A DNA stretch of 64,000 nucleotides from Planctomycetota bacterium (GTDB lineage: Bacteria > Planctomycetota > UBA1135), in contig JAJFFC010000008.1 in assembly GCA_021776795.1 (NCBI GenBank), forward strand, positions 314,738 through 378,737, in the 5' to 3' direction. Under the pieces are notes generated by a model that saw only the letters and a program-made list of their open reading frames with translations, did not search any database and was not told the DNA's origin. This document shows positions 9,783-21,953 of the stretch, piece by piece. A program made the translations under genes and the position numbers. Positions within the stretch are counted from its first letter, which is position 1. Each line of letters begins with the position of its first letter.

Positions 9783-10637
9783 CTAGAGCATGTCGGTATT
9801 GGACACCGCACACGAGGCCAAGTCGACGGCTTGCAGGCTAATGCCACAAGCCCCTGCGGGCGCGTACATCAAGAAATTCACTGCTCCTTGCGCGTTCGCA
9901 CGGTGGATGGCCATCAGGGTCGGGTTGGCCAGGTCCAACCAATGGCCTGCGCAAGACCCGCCCTGCAACAGGATCTGGCCAGGCTGGCCGAACACAATCC
10001 CGACCCAAGAACTGGGGGTCGCGGTGCTGACATCAATCGTGATCAAACCCGGGCACATGCCGAAAACACCCAACTGCGGGCTCGGTACTCCCACTGCATA
10101 ATGCAGCGTGCCATTCCATTCGCGGTCATGAAAAATGAAACCGCCGAGACCACCGGTGCCGTTTCCGACATTGGTCTGCAAATACATCTCTGGGCTAGTG
10201 TAGGTGATTCCCCCTGCCGGCCCATTCGTGTAACGCAACTTCTGCGTCGGATAACTCGTTAGGTTGACATACAACCCATAAGTTTGCCCGGCGAGAAAGG
10301 TCTTGCCGTTGCCAGCCAGGTCGATGTACGTCGGAAGATCTCTACCTGCGGAAATCCCTGAGTAGCTTCCTAGGTAGGTCCAATGCAGGGGAATCTGTTC
10401 GATGCCAAAGGAAGATTGATCGGCGTACCAAAGCCCCATCGAAACGGCCGTTCCAGGATTGGTGGTGTTGAGGTCCATCCCGGTCAACACCAAGTCGTGG
10501 CGCGGCGTGATATCAAACATATTGCCCGCGAACTCATTGTCGCTGTCATACCTGGTGGTCAGACTCTGCGCTTCCAAGCTCGAAGAGAAAAGGCCAAGGA
10601 ACAAGCCGGCGACCAATCGGGGTTTCCAGATTCGCAT
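9783..10637 (-). CDS. Secreted hypothetical protein, tandem paralogue of 8721-9650
   Basis: Signal peptide MRIWKPRLVAGLFLGLFSSSLEA; colinear similarity to neighbour; TATGGT 6 nt before ATG. Confidence 0.75.
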   Translation of the reverse strand: MRIWKPRLVAGLFLGLFSSSLEAQSLTTRYDSDNEFAGNMFDITPRHDLVLTGMDLNTTNPGTAVSMGLWYADQSSFGIEQIPLHWTYLGSYSGISAGRDLPTYIDLAGNGKTFLAGQTYGLYVNLTSYPTQKLRYTNGPAGGITYTSPEMYLQTNVGNGTGGLGGFIFHDREWNGTLHYAVGVPSPQLGVFGMCPGLITIDVSTATPSSWVGIVFGQPGQILLQGGSCAGHWLDLANPTLMAIHRANAQGAVNFLMYAPAGACGISLQAVDLASCAVSNTDML

Positions 10638-10700
10638 GGATTCACCATAGCAGGAATCCTGAAATGGCCGTTTCGACCAAGAATGGCCCATTTGGGCATT

Positions 10701-10740
10701 AAAAATGCGGCAGCCGGAACCCTAACCCACGGCTGCCGCA
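10701..10740 (-). terminator. Intrinsic terminator with GGGUUAGGGUU loop
   Basis: 11-bp stem 10706-10716/10730-10740 followed by T5 on minus strand. Confidence 0.75.
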
Positions 10741-10846
10741 CAAACCTCCCGAAGGGCCGGAGCCCTAAGGGATTGTCCCCGCATTGCTAAATGATCGTTT
10801 TCATCTTTGTGACGTTCTCTAAGACAGAATCTTTGCCCTTTTCTGA

Positions 10847-11014
10847 TTAACGGGCGTTTTGCGTGCGGAAATACTCCTGGGCCGTAAGCACGGCGCCGAA
10901 GACGCCAATGAGGCCGAAGGAGACGACGAGAGCGAAAACCGGCGCTAAGACGAGCGGGTTTGTGCCTTCGACAAAGGGGAAGGCGAGCTGAATGGCTTGC
11001 GAGAGGAGTGACAT
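10847..11014 (-). CDS. Small (55 aa) membrane protein divergent from ECF sigma gene
   Basis: MSLLSQAIQL...; single long hydrophobic segment; fills otherwise empty space. Confidence 0.5.
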   Translation of the reverse strand: MSLLSQAIQLAFPFVEGTNPLVLAPVFALVVSFGLIGVFGAVLTAQEYFRTQNAR

Positions 11015-11083
11015 GATTTCTAGTGCGTTGTGCCTGTCACGGATGCTTACGCGCCGGTAACCGAATTGCAGGAGAAATTTATT

Positions 11084-11117
11084 CTGCAACCAAGGAGATA
11101 GGATGCAGGTCCAAGGA
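11084..11117 (+). promoter_or_regulatory. Putative autoregulatory ECF promoter TGCAAC-N18-GTCCAA
   Basis: Directly upstream of ECF GTG start; matches 4459-4492. Confidence 0.55.
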
Positions 11118-11124
11118 ATGGTAG

Positions 11125-11694
11125 GTGGAACTGCCGAATCTCCCCTCTGCGGCCTCTCTGCTGCCGCTCAACCAAAGAAACGCCCGCCGTTTTGTGGATA
11201 GCTTCACGCCCTTAATTAGCGCTCAATTGAGTCGCTTTCGCCTCCCGCACGATCTTCTCCAAGATGCCGTGCAGGAGACGCTGGTGCGTTGTTTACGTGG
11301 TTTAAAACACTTTCGCGGGGATTCCCAGCTCTCCACCTGGGTCTACCGCATCGCCTACCGCGAAGGGCTGCGCGCCCAGGAGAAGCTCCAGCGTGACCGC
11401 AGCCGTGCTGTTTCTTTGAGCCCTCTCGCCGAACCAGCCGATTCTGCCCCTACCTATTCCCCTTCCTTCGCCGCCGAACAACAGGACGAAGTTCTGCGCG
11501 TGCGCACGGCCATGGACACCCTGCCAAACGAGCAGCGCCTGGTTTTGGGGTATCATTATTTGGACGGCCTCTCGGTGCACGAAATCGCGTTACTGATGAG
11601 CTCGCGACCGAATACCGTGAAGTCGTGGCTCAAGCGCGGACGCGATAGCCTCAAGTCCACCTTAGCCGACCCCTCTTCGGAGGAATCCGCATGA
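11125..11694 (+). CDS. ECF RNA polymerase sigma-70 factor
   Basis: DAVQETL..FRGDSQLSTWVYRIA (region 2); LSVHEIA..NTVKSWLKRGR (region 4). Confidence 0.9.
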   Translation: MELPNLPSAASLLPLNQRNARRFVDSFTPLISAQLSRFRLPHDLLQDAVQETLVRCLRGLKHFRGDSQLSTWVYRIAYREGLRAQEKLQRDRSRAVSLSPLAEPADSAPTYSPSFAAEQQDEVLRVRTAMDTLPNEQRLVLGYHYLDGLSVHEIALLMSSRPNTVKSWLKRGRDSLKSTLADPSSEESA

Positions 11695-12053
11695 AAGACC
11701 TCGAACAACTGCTGCGCGACCCCCGCGCCCACGCCGACGCCCCCTCGGAAGAGTCTTGGCGTGCCTGGAGTGACGAGGCCATCGCCAAGTGGAATGCGCA
11801 ACAAGCACAAGCCCGGCAGCGAAACCCGTTGCGCTTGATCAGCAATGCCCTGTTCTACGCCGCCGTGCTCATGGCTCTCTGGATCTTGTTCCCCGCCTTG
11901 GCCAGCACCGCGGAGAAGGTGGGAGAAGCCGTCGGTAGCTACCAAGTCTGGGTCGGCATGCCCAACCCGTGGGTGATTGCCGGTATTGCCACCGCGATTG
12001 CCGTGGCCATCACGCCCCCATTGCGCCAGCGCTTGCTCCACGAAATCGGCTAG
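11691..12053 (+). CDS. Putative membrane anti-sigma factor
   Basis: ATGA overlap with ECF gene; short soluble N-terminus plus two TM helices. Confidence 0.6.
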   Translation: MKDLEQLLRDPRAHADAPSEESWRAWSDEAIAKWNAQQAQARQRNPLRLISNALFYAAVLMALWILFPALASTAEKVGEAVGSYQVWVGMPNPWVIAGIATAIAVAITPPLRQRLLHEIG

Positions 12054-12077
12054 TCGCTACCAGTAGAATGACTCCCC

Positions 12078-13286
12078 ATGGAGTCTTCCCCTGCCGATGT
12101 CGTCGTCATTGGTGCCGGTATTGTCGGCCTAGCTACCGCCTATCGGCTGCTCCAAGATCGCCCCGGCATTTCGCTGGTGGTGCTCGAAAAGGAAGATGGC
12201 CCTGCTCACCACCAAACTGGCCATAACTCTGGGGTGCTGCATTCCGGCATTTACTACAAGCCGGGGAGCTACAAGGCGCGCAATTGTCGCGAAGGCAAGG
12301 AAATGATGGAAGCCTTTTGCCGTGAGCAGGAGATTCCTTTTGAGACCTGTGGCAAGGTGATTGTGGCGATTGAAGAGGCCGAGTTGCCTTTGCTCGACAA
12401 CATCTTTCAGCGCGGCCAGGAGAACGGCGTCGACTGCGCGATGATTTCCAAAGAGGAGCTCGCCGAGATTGAGCCGCACGCCGCTGGCATCAAAGCAATC
12501 AAGGTTCCCGAAGCCGGCATTGTCGATTACAAAGAAGTGTGCCGACGCCTTGCCGAAAAGGTGACCTCTGCTGGCCAAAAGATTGTTTATGGCGCCAAGG
12601 TACGCGCGCTGGTCGAGGCTGGCTCAGAGGTGGTGGTGCAATCCACTGCCGGAGATTTCCGCAGCAAGGCGGTGGTCAACTGCGCCGGTCTACATAACGA
12701 CCGCGTCACCGCCATGAGTGGTGCCAAGCCGCCAGCGCGCATCGTTCCTTTCCGCGGTGAGTATTACGAACTGACGCCGCAAGCGAAGCACTTGTGCAAG
12801 CATTTGATTTACCCAGTGCCTGATCCGAATTTCCCCTTCCTAGGGGTGCACTTCACGCGCATGATTGACGGCAGCGTGGAATGCGGTCCCAATGCGGTGT
12901 TGGCGCTCGCGCGCGAAGGCTATACGTGGGGCGACATCAACCTCAAAGACCTCGGCGGGACGCTGACCTACGGCGGCTTTTGGAAGATGATTGCCAAGCA
13001 TTGGAGAACCGGCTTCGGAGAAATGCACCGTTCCCTATCCAAGGCGGCGTTCACCAAGGCACTCTCACGCCTGATGCCGGAAATTCGCTCGGAGCACTTG
13101 GTCAAGGCTCCCGCTGGCGTGCGCGCGCAGGCGCTGATGCCCGATGGCCTCGCCATCGACGATTTCCTGTTCCAAGAAAACGGCCAAGTATTGAACGTGT
13201 GCAACGCACCTAGCCCCGCGGCGACCAGCAGCCTGTCGATTGCTAAGGCGATTGTCGAACGCCTAGCGCCAACCCTAGACCGCTAG
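12078..13286 (+). CDS. lhgO: L-2-hydroxyglutarate oxidase
   Basis: GAGIVG FAD motif; [37 protein letters not shown]. Confidence 0.9.
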   Translation: MESSPADVVVIGAGIVGLATAYRLLQDRPGISLVVLEKEDGPAHHQTGHNSGVLHSGIYYKPGSYKARNCREGKEMMEAFCREQEIPFETCGKVIVAIEEAELPLLDNIFQRGQENGVDCAMISKEELAEIEPHAAGIKAIKVPEAGIVDYKEVCRRLAEKVTSAGQKIVYGAKVRALVEAGSEVVVQSTAGDFRSKAVVNCAGLHNDRVTAMSGAKPPARIVPFRGEYYELTPQAKHLCKHLIYPVPDPNFPFLGVHFTRMIDGSVECGPNAVLALAREGYTWGDINLKDLGGTLTYGGFWKMIAKHWRTGFGEMHRSLSKAAFTKALSRLMPEIRSEHLVKAPAGVRAQALMPDGLAIDDFLFQENGQVLNVCNAPSPAATSSLSIAKAIVERLAPTLDR

Positions 13287-15034
13287 TGATCCGAAGGGAT
13301 TGGCGGCGCCGGGTTCAGCGCCTCTAAGACAAGTTGCGCATGCTGCAAGGTGCCAGCCTTCACGTTGACCATCGAGTCACCGCTAAAGCTCATGGCTGGG
13401 GGGCCAAATGCTTTTGCGCCCATGTCGCCGAGCACCACGCGATAGTTCCCTTCGGGCAAATCTAATAGGAGGTTGGATTGGCGACGCCCCTCGATATCTG
13501 GAAGGGTTAAGCGCAAATACTCCTCGGGCAACACCTGGCCCTCGAGAGGCTCGAGCCGGTACTCCAACTGCCACCCACGGCCTTCTGGAGGCATGAGCAG
13601 GTCTAAGCGCAAACTGCCGACCCCATCAAGGCGGGACATGGTGGCTTGGCTACGCAGGATTTGGACCTCTTGCGTGAGCTGAACCGGCAAGACCAGCGGG
13701 ACATATCCCTCTGCGTTCACGCGCCATTCCAGGTTCAAGCCAGCTGCGGGAATCGCTCCCGGCCACACCATGTACACCTGATCCGGTGGTAAACGGAAAC
13801 GGCTATGCAAGAAGGGACTCAGGCTATTGGGCGCCACCAGTCCCGTGGAAACCCAAAGCGGACGCGAAGAGGATTTCGTGGGCCATTGCAGATCCAGGTA
13901 GAGAACTTTGGTCGCCATTTCCAAACGAACTCCCAAGTCTCCTGCGCGCAAAGCCAGCACTCGTTCGCCATGTTGTTGCAGGGGGATATTCAAGGGCAGA
14001 GGACCGTTGGCTTCTCCCATGAAGGCACTCACCGAATACATGCCCGGCGGCAGGCCATGGAAGGCAAAGGCACCGTCCTTTTCCGTCTCGGCCCCCACTG
14101 GGTGGTAGGCGCCGATGGTGTCACCAGCCTCAATTCTGCGCATCAGATGAAGCCGCACGTTCTCCACAGGAACGCCATGTAAGTCGAGTACTTGACCGCT
14201 AATGCTCAGCCCCGGATTTAATCGCAGTTGTCCATGATCTTCGCGGGCCAAGGAAACATCGAGCCCTCCTGTGGGATGCAAAATACGCAACTGGGAAGGT
14301 GGCTCCTCCTCGCTGCGCGGCAAACGGAAGTAGCCCTCGGGGCTTGCCCACCCCATGAGGATGCCATCGACATGTAACTCGGCCATGGCCGCTGGCTCAC
14401 CTGAGGGCGTGAGGATTTGGCCTGCCGAAGTCGACAAGTTGCGTGGCAAACGTACCATCCATTCGCCGCGGTTCGGTAAGTCGGAAGCCGGGCGGGCATC
14501 GGCCAACTCGGGGTGGCGCAACATCAGCTCTAAATCGACGAAGCCCAATTGCACGGCCATGCGCCCCATGGCCTCGGGAAGGATGGCACCGGGAATAGCA
14601 AAGCGACCATCCTCGTCAGCAGTGCCCGTGGCCACTGGTTCCTCGGCCTTGGGCGGACGGGTGCGCCCACCCATGGCTGAAGAATCTCGCTTCCACACCG
14701 CATACTTCACGCCGGCGAAGGGGCGTCCGCGCTCATCCACCACCTGGACCGGAATGTCATCGGTACCGCTCCCAGGTGGCAGGATCTGCCCCGCGGTCGC
14801 AATCTGGTCTTCGCGCTGAGGGCTTAACTCCGGGGCAAGGTCACCCAAATCAGGGCCTGGCGCCGGGCTTTGGCCGAATTCGCCCTCTCCCGCCTCAACT
14901 AGAGGTTCTGAGCCACTAGGGCCGGGGGATTGTGGCCGATTCGGCTCCAAACCACCCCACAGCCACCAGCCAATCGCCCCCAAAAGGAGGAGCAGCGGCA
15001 GGAGAACGGCAAGAGGGCGAGCTGAGGAGGTCAT
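13283..15034 (-). CDS. Membrane-anchored CarboxypepD_reg-like repeat protein
   Basis: N-terminal TM, Pro-rich linker, [10 protein letters not shown] and [12 protein letters not shown] motifs. Confidence 0.65.
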   Translation of the reverse strand: MTSSARPLAVLLPLLLLLGAIGWWLWGGLEPNRPQSPGPSGSEPLVEAGEGEFGQSPAPGPDLGDLAPELSPQREDQIATAGQILPPGSGTDDIPVQVVDERGRPFAGVKYAVWKRDSSAMGGRTRPPKAEEPVATGTADEDGRFAIPGAILPEAMGRMAVQLGFVDLELMLRHPELADARPASDLPNRGEWMVRLPRNLSTSAGQILTPSGEPAAMAELHVDGILMGWASPEGYFRLPRSEEEPPSQLRILHPTGGLDVSLAREDHGQLRLNPGLSISGQVLDLHGVPVENVRLHLMRRIEAGDTIGAYHPVGAETEKDGAFAFHGLPPGMYSVSAFMGEANGPLPLNIPLQQHGERVLALRAGDLGVRLEMATKVLYLDLQWPTKSSSRPLWVSTGLVAPNSLSPFLHSRFRLPPDQVYMVWPGAIPAAGLNLEWRVNAEGYVPLVLPVQLTQEVQILRSQATMSRLDGVGSLRLDLLMPPEGRGWQLEYRLEPLEGQVLPEEYLRLTLPDIEGRRQSNLLLDLPEGNYRVVLGDMGAKAFGPPAMSFSGDSMVNVKAGTLQHAQLVLEALNPAPPIPSDH

Positions 15035-15106
15035 ATTGCAGGGGGCCACCCCATTATGCCGATAGGTAGGGGCTTCACCGCGCCTTTCCGGTTGACAGCG
15101 TTCTCC

Positions 15107-17755
<2,649 letters not shown>

Positions 17756-17877
17756 ACGAGGGTCACGCGTTATTCCGGCGCCAAAAGGAAGTCGGATTTC
17801 TGTGAAGAGGGTGCGGAGGGATATCCGATAAAGAGCTGCGGAGCAACGCTTCCATTCTCGCCTCCCCTCGGCAACTC

Positions 17878-20301
17878 GTGGCAACACCCTTTCCGGTTTC
17901 GGACCTGATTCGTACAGGTCGATGGCTGCTGGCCTTATGCCTAGCTCCTGCCCTTCTGCAGGCGCTCGGAGTCGATTTTGGCGTGCAAGCCAACGGCGCT
18001 TTAGTCCATAGTCTCCTGGAGTGGACCTCGGTGTGCGCCGCAAGCCTGGTCGGTGCCCTGGCCTTTGTGCACTACCGCGTGACCAAAGAGGCCTCCTTGC
18101 CGGTGATTGGCATGGCGATGTTGTGCGCCGGCGCACTCGACATGTTTCATATCTTGGCGAGTGAAGGTTTGGTCGGCGAGATTGCCGATCCTGAATCCTT
18201 TGCGCCCTTCATTGGCACGGCGAGCCGCTTGGTCAGCGGCCTCATTTGTCTGCTTGGCGTCGGCCTCTTTGCGCTATGGCTTGAGCCGGGGAAGCGGTTC
18301 TCCACAGTGAGCTACTCAGTCATTGGTGGAGCCTTTGCCTTGGCCTCCATCATGCTCATGTCCTATGGCATGGATGCGCAGGGCCTGCCGCGCTCGGTTT
18401 ACGCCGAAGACATGATCAAGCGCCCACTCGAGATGTACCCTCTCGCGGTGTATCTCCTTTGTGGGGCATTAGTCTTTCCACTGTATTACCGCCACCACGC
18501 CAGCCCTTTTGCCCTATCGCTGGTATTGATGATGGTGCCGCAAGCCGCTTCGCAGCTGTACATGGCCTTTGCTTCTGCACAAGATTTCGACGCAGCCTTT
18601 AATATTGCGCATGGACTGAAAGCGATTGGCTGGTTGGTTCCTGCAGGTGGATTGTTAGTGGAGTTTGCCGATCTCTTTCGTCGCGAACGTCAAACTCGAG
18701 AGCGTTGCGAAGCTGCCGAAGCCAGTGCGATCCAAGCGGCGAAATCCAAGAGTGAATTCTTGTCTTCGATTTCGCAGGAGATTCGCACCCCAATGGCTGG
18801 CGTCATTGGCATGGCGGACTACCTGATGACCTCGGCATTGGACAATGCTCAAGCCGATGCAGCGGAAACCATCGCCGGTTCGGCGGGAGCAGTTCTGGCT
18901 TTAATCGATGATGTACAGGATTTCTCACAACTGGAGACTGGTTTTGTCGAACTCGCCGAAGAACCGCTGGCACCTCGGCGGCTGTTGGATGGCATTCTGG
19001 AGCTCCTGAGCGTGCAGGCTTTGCAAAACAAAGTGCGTATGAGCGCCTTTGCCGACCCCGAGGTTCCTGCTCGCGTCTTGGGCGATGAAAAGCGCTTGCG
19101 CCAGATCTTGCTCAAATTGACCTCCAATGCGCTACGCCACACGCGCGATGGTGAGGTCAACTTGCAGTGTGAGTTCGTGGAAGAGGGTTACACCCATGTG
19201 GTGCTGCGCTTCCATGTGTCAGACACGGGCAGCGGAATCCCCGACGACAAACGCGCAGCAATCTTGCGCTCCTTTAGCCAAGCTGGTCATGAAGATGGCA
19301 TCGCTTATGGCGGAAACGGACTGGGTCTTGCCGTGACGCGGCAAATGGTGCGACTCATGGGCGGTTCGATTTGGGTCGAAAGCACCGTCGGCCAGGGAAC
19401 CTCCTTTGTGTTTACCGTTCGCCTTTCGCGCGACCTTGATGAGCGTCGGCAACCGCGCGTGGTGGAAGAATGGCAAGGCAAGCGCTTGTTGCTTGCCGTC
19501 AGTAGTCCGATGCGTAGCAGTCAAATGAAGCGCCAGCTCCAGGCTTGGGGCTTTGAAGTCACTGTCGCGAATGATGCCTGGGATGCCCTGCGTGAATTGC
19601 GCGCCACCCTATTGATGGAACAATGCTTCGATCTTGCGCTGATTGATCAGGATATGCCTGGTCGAAGTGGTGAAGACCTGTGTCAAGAGTTTCGCGCAGC
19701 AGAAGGCGCGGATGGCATGAAGATTCTGCTGATGTCCGGACCTGGCGAAGTCATTCACGAAGGGAATCCGTTGTGGGACTTGCGCCTGCAATCGCCCATC
19801 AAGTTTGGCAGTCTGCACAATGCCTTGCAGCAGGCTTGTGGGGTCAAGCGCTCGGCGCTGTATGACCGCCGTGTCGTCGATGCCGAAGAAATCGATGTCC
19901 TTCCGGGTGCGCTCAAGGTTCTTGTGGCTGAAGATGATCCGGTCAACCAAAAGGTGCTGAGTAAGCTGTTGGAGCGCCTAGGTTGCCAAGTCGACCGCGT
20001 TTGCAATGGCGAGGAAGCCACCGAGCGGGTCCAAACCGGCAGCTATCACCTGGTGTTCATGGATTGCAATATGCCTGGCCTGAATGGTTTCGATGCCACG
20101 CGGTTGATTCGTCTGCGTGAATCCAGCACCGGCGCTCACACCATCATCATTGCGATGACCTCAAATGCTCGCGCTTCCACCCGCGAACAGTGTTTGCAGG
20201 CCGGGATGGACGATTACATCACGAAGCCCATCCGCGCGAGCGTGCTGGCCGAGGCCCTGGACCGCTGGAAGGCGGGCGATGGCGCCATGACCGAGGCTTA
20301 A
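17878..20301 (+). CDS. Hybrid histidine kinase paralogue lacking the phospho-accepting His
   Basis: Same architecture as upstream gene; H-box reads ISQEIRTPMAG. Confidence 0.85.
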   Translation: MATPFPVSDLIRTGRWLLALCLAPALLQALGVDFGVQANGALVHSLLEWTSVCAASLVGALAFVHYRVTKEASLPVIGMAMLCAGALDMFHILASEGLVGEIADPESFAPFIGTASRLVSGLICLLGVGLFALWLEPGKRFSTVSYSVIGGAFALASIMLMSYGMDAQGLPRSVYAEDMIKRPLEMYPLAVYLLCGALVFPLYYRHHASPFALSLVLMMVPQAASQLYMAFASAQDFDAAFNIAHGLKAIGWLVPAGGLLVEFADLFRRERQTRERCEAAEASAIQAAKSKSEFLSSISQEIRTPMAGVIGMADYLMTSALDNAQADAAETIAGSAGAVLALIDDVQDFSQLETGFVELAEEPLAPRRLLDGILELLSVQALQNKVRMSAFADPEVPARVLGDEKRLRQILLKLTSNALRHTRDGEVNLQCEFVEEGYTHVVLRFHVSDTGSGIPDDKRAAILRSFSQAGHEDGIAYGGNGLGLAVTRQMVRLMGGSIWVESTVGQGTSFVFTVRLSRDLDERRQPRVVEEWQGKRLLLAVSSPMRSSQMKRQLQAWGFEVTVANDAWDALRELRATLLMEQCFDLALIDQDMPGRSGEDLCQEFRAAEGADGMKILLMSGPGEVIHEGNPLWDLRLQSPIKFGSLHNALQQACGVKRSALYDRRVVDAEEIDVLPGALKVLVAEDDPVNQKVLSKLLERLGCQVDRVCNGEEATERVQTGSYHLVFMDCNMPGLNGFDATRLIRLRESSTGAHTIIIAMTSNARASTREQCLQAGMDDYITKPIRASVLAEALDRWKAGDGAMTEA

Positions 20302-20352
20302 AGGCTGGTAGAATCCTCCCTTCCCTGGGTTCCCACTCCCCCTCCAGAAGTC

Positions 20353-21387
20353 ATGAAAGTCCTCATCACCGGCCATCGCGGCTATATCGGCGCTCACGCC
20401 ATCGACGTTTTTCAGGCCGCCGGCCACCAAGTCATGGGAGTCGATATCGGCCTCTACGACGGCGTGGAGTTCGGCACCCCGGCCGTAGCCGATGAAGACC
20501 TGACCCTAGATGTCTTCGACATCACTCCAGAGATGCTCAAAGGCGTAGACGCGGTGGTTCATTTGGCCGCGATTTCCAATGACCCTATGGGTGATTTGGA
20601 TCCGCGCATTACCCACCACATCAATACCGGTGGCACCATGCATGTCGCCCGCGCCGCCAAGGAGGCTGGTGTGCCGCGTTTCTTGTTTGCGAGTTCATGC
20701 TCGATTTACGGCGCTGCCGGCGACAAGATTCTCGATGAAAGCGCCGAGTTCACGCCGGTTTCGGCCTATGCCGAGTCCAAGGTCAACGCCGAGGCCGAGC
20801 TGAAGGAACTCGAGAGTGATGATTTTGCCATCACCTATCTGCGCAACTCCACGGCTTACGGCCAGAGCCCGCGCCTGCGCACCGACTTGGCGGTCAACAA
20901 CTTGTTGGCCTTTGCGGTGAGCATCAATGAAGTGAAGCTGATGTCCGATGGCTCTTCGTGGCGCCCCTTGGTCCACTGCCGTGACATCGCCCGTGCTTTC
21001 TTGGCCTTGTCCGAAGCGCCAATCGAAGATGTCCGCGGCTTGGCCGTGAATGTCGGCGGCAACGACGACAACTACCAGATTCGCGAGGTCGCTGAAATCG
21101 TGCACCGCAATGTCGACGGTTCCGAAATCACCATTGCCGAAACCGCAGTGACCGATCCGCGCAACTATCGCGTGTCCTTCGACCTGCTCAACCAGAAGCT
21201 GCCCGAGTTCAAGCTTGAATGGTCGGTGCGCTCGGCGGTGCCGGTCATGTTCAGCGAATACAAAGAGCGCGATGGCTTCGCCTCGGAATTTGAGGGCGGT
21301 CGCTACACGCGTTTGATCACCCTCCAAGGCAAGATGGCCGATGGCGCCCTGCCTGAATACTTCACCGAACTTTCGAAGAAAGACTAG
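20353..21387 (+). CDS. NAD-dependent nucleotide-sugar epimerase/dehydratase
   Basis: TGHRGYIG, HLAAISND, YAESK. Confidence 0.88.
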   Translation: MKVLITGHRGYIGAHAIDVFQAAGHQVMGVDIGLYDGVEFGTPAVADEDLTLDVFDITPEMLKGVDAVVHLAAISNDPMGDLDPRITHHINTGGTMHVARAAKEAGVPRFLFASSCSIYGAAGDKILDESAEFTPVSAYAESKVNAEAELKELESDDFAITYLRNSTAYGQSPRLRTDLAVNNLLAFAVSINEVKLMSDGSSWRPLVHCRDIARAFLALSEAPIEDVRGLAVNVGGNDDNYQIREVAEIVHRNVDGSEITIAETAVTDPRNYRVSFDLLNQKLPEFKLEWSVRSAVPVMFSEYKERDGFASEFEGGRYTRLITLQGKMADGALPEYFTELSKKD

Positions 21388-21389
21388 AG

Positions 21390-21875
21390 ATGAGCGACGA
21401 CGTCATGAAACTCACCCAGGGCTCCAAGATTGAAGGAGTCTACGTGCAGCCGCTACGCAAGATTTGCGATGAGCGCGGCATGATCATGCACATGTTCCGC
21501 TGCGACAGCCCGATCTTCCAGAAGTTTGGCGAGGTCTACTTTTCGCAGTCGATGCCCGGCGCGATTAAGGGCTGGCACATTCACCGCGAACAGACCCAGC
21601 ACTATGCCGTCATCCAAGGCATGATTAAGTTGGTGTTGTGCGACCTGCGCGAAGACTCGCCTTCCAAGGGTGTGATCGAAGAGCACTTCCTCGGCGAGGA
21701 CAACTACTGCCTGATCCGCATTCCAGTTGGCGTGGCAAATGGCTACAAGACCTACGGCACCAAGCCAGCTCTCACCTGCAACTGCTCCGACCAGCCACAC
21801 GGCGCTCCCGAAATGGACCGCATCGATCCCTTCTCCGACGAGATCGATTACGACTGGGACCTGAAGCACATGTAA
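21390..21875 (+). CDS. rfbC: dTDP-4-dehydrorhamnose 3,5-epimerase family (cupin)
   Basis: DERG, GAIKGWHIH, DLREDSPS, IPVGVANGY. Confidence 0.8.
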   Translation: MSDDVMKLTQGSKIEGVYVQPLRKICDERGMIMHMFRCDSPIFQKFGEVYFSQSMPGAIKGWHIHREQTQHYAVIQGMIKLVLCDLREDSPSKGVIEEHFLGEDNYCLIRIPVGVANGYKTYGTKPALTCNCSDQPHGAPEMDRIDPFSDEIDYDWDLKHM

Positions 21876-21953
21876 ACCCTGCGGTTTACCTTGCCAAAGC
21901 CCGCTGACTTAGTCGTCAGCGGGCTTTCTTGTTGTTGTTATGCTGCTCTTATG
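21758..21953 (+). repeat. Direct repeat copy R1: rfbC 3' end, terminator, extended -10 and ATG
   Basis: Aligns to 24497-24669 and 26581-26724. Confidence 0.95.
21896..21930 (+). terminator. rfbC terminator (also present in R2 and R3)
   Basis: 13-bp stem AAAGCCCGCTGAC / GTCAGCGGGCTTT followed by T-rich tail. Confidence 0.8.

Noticed and set aside
21891..21950. Identical N-terminal peptide MPKPADLVVSGLSCCCYAAL on two ORFs (also 26662-26721)
   Set aside because: It is translation through the repeated terminator/promoter DNA; the real starts are the ATGs at 21951 and 26722.
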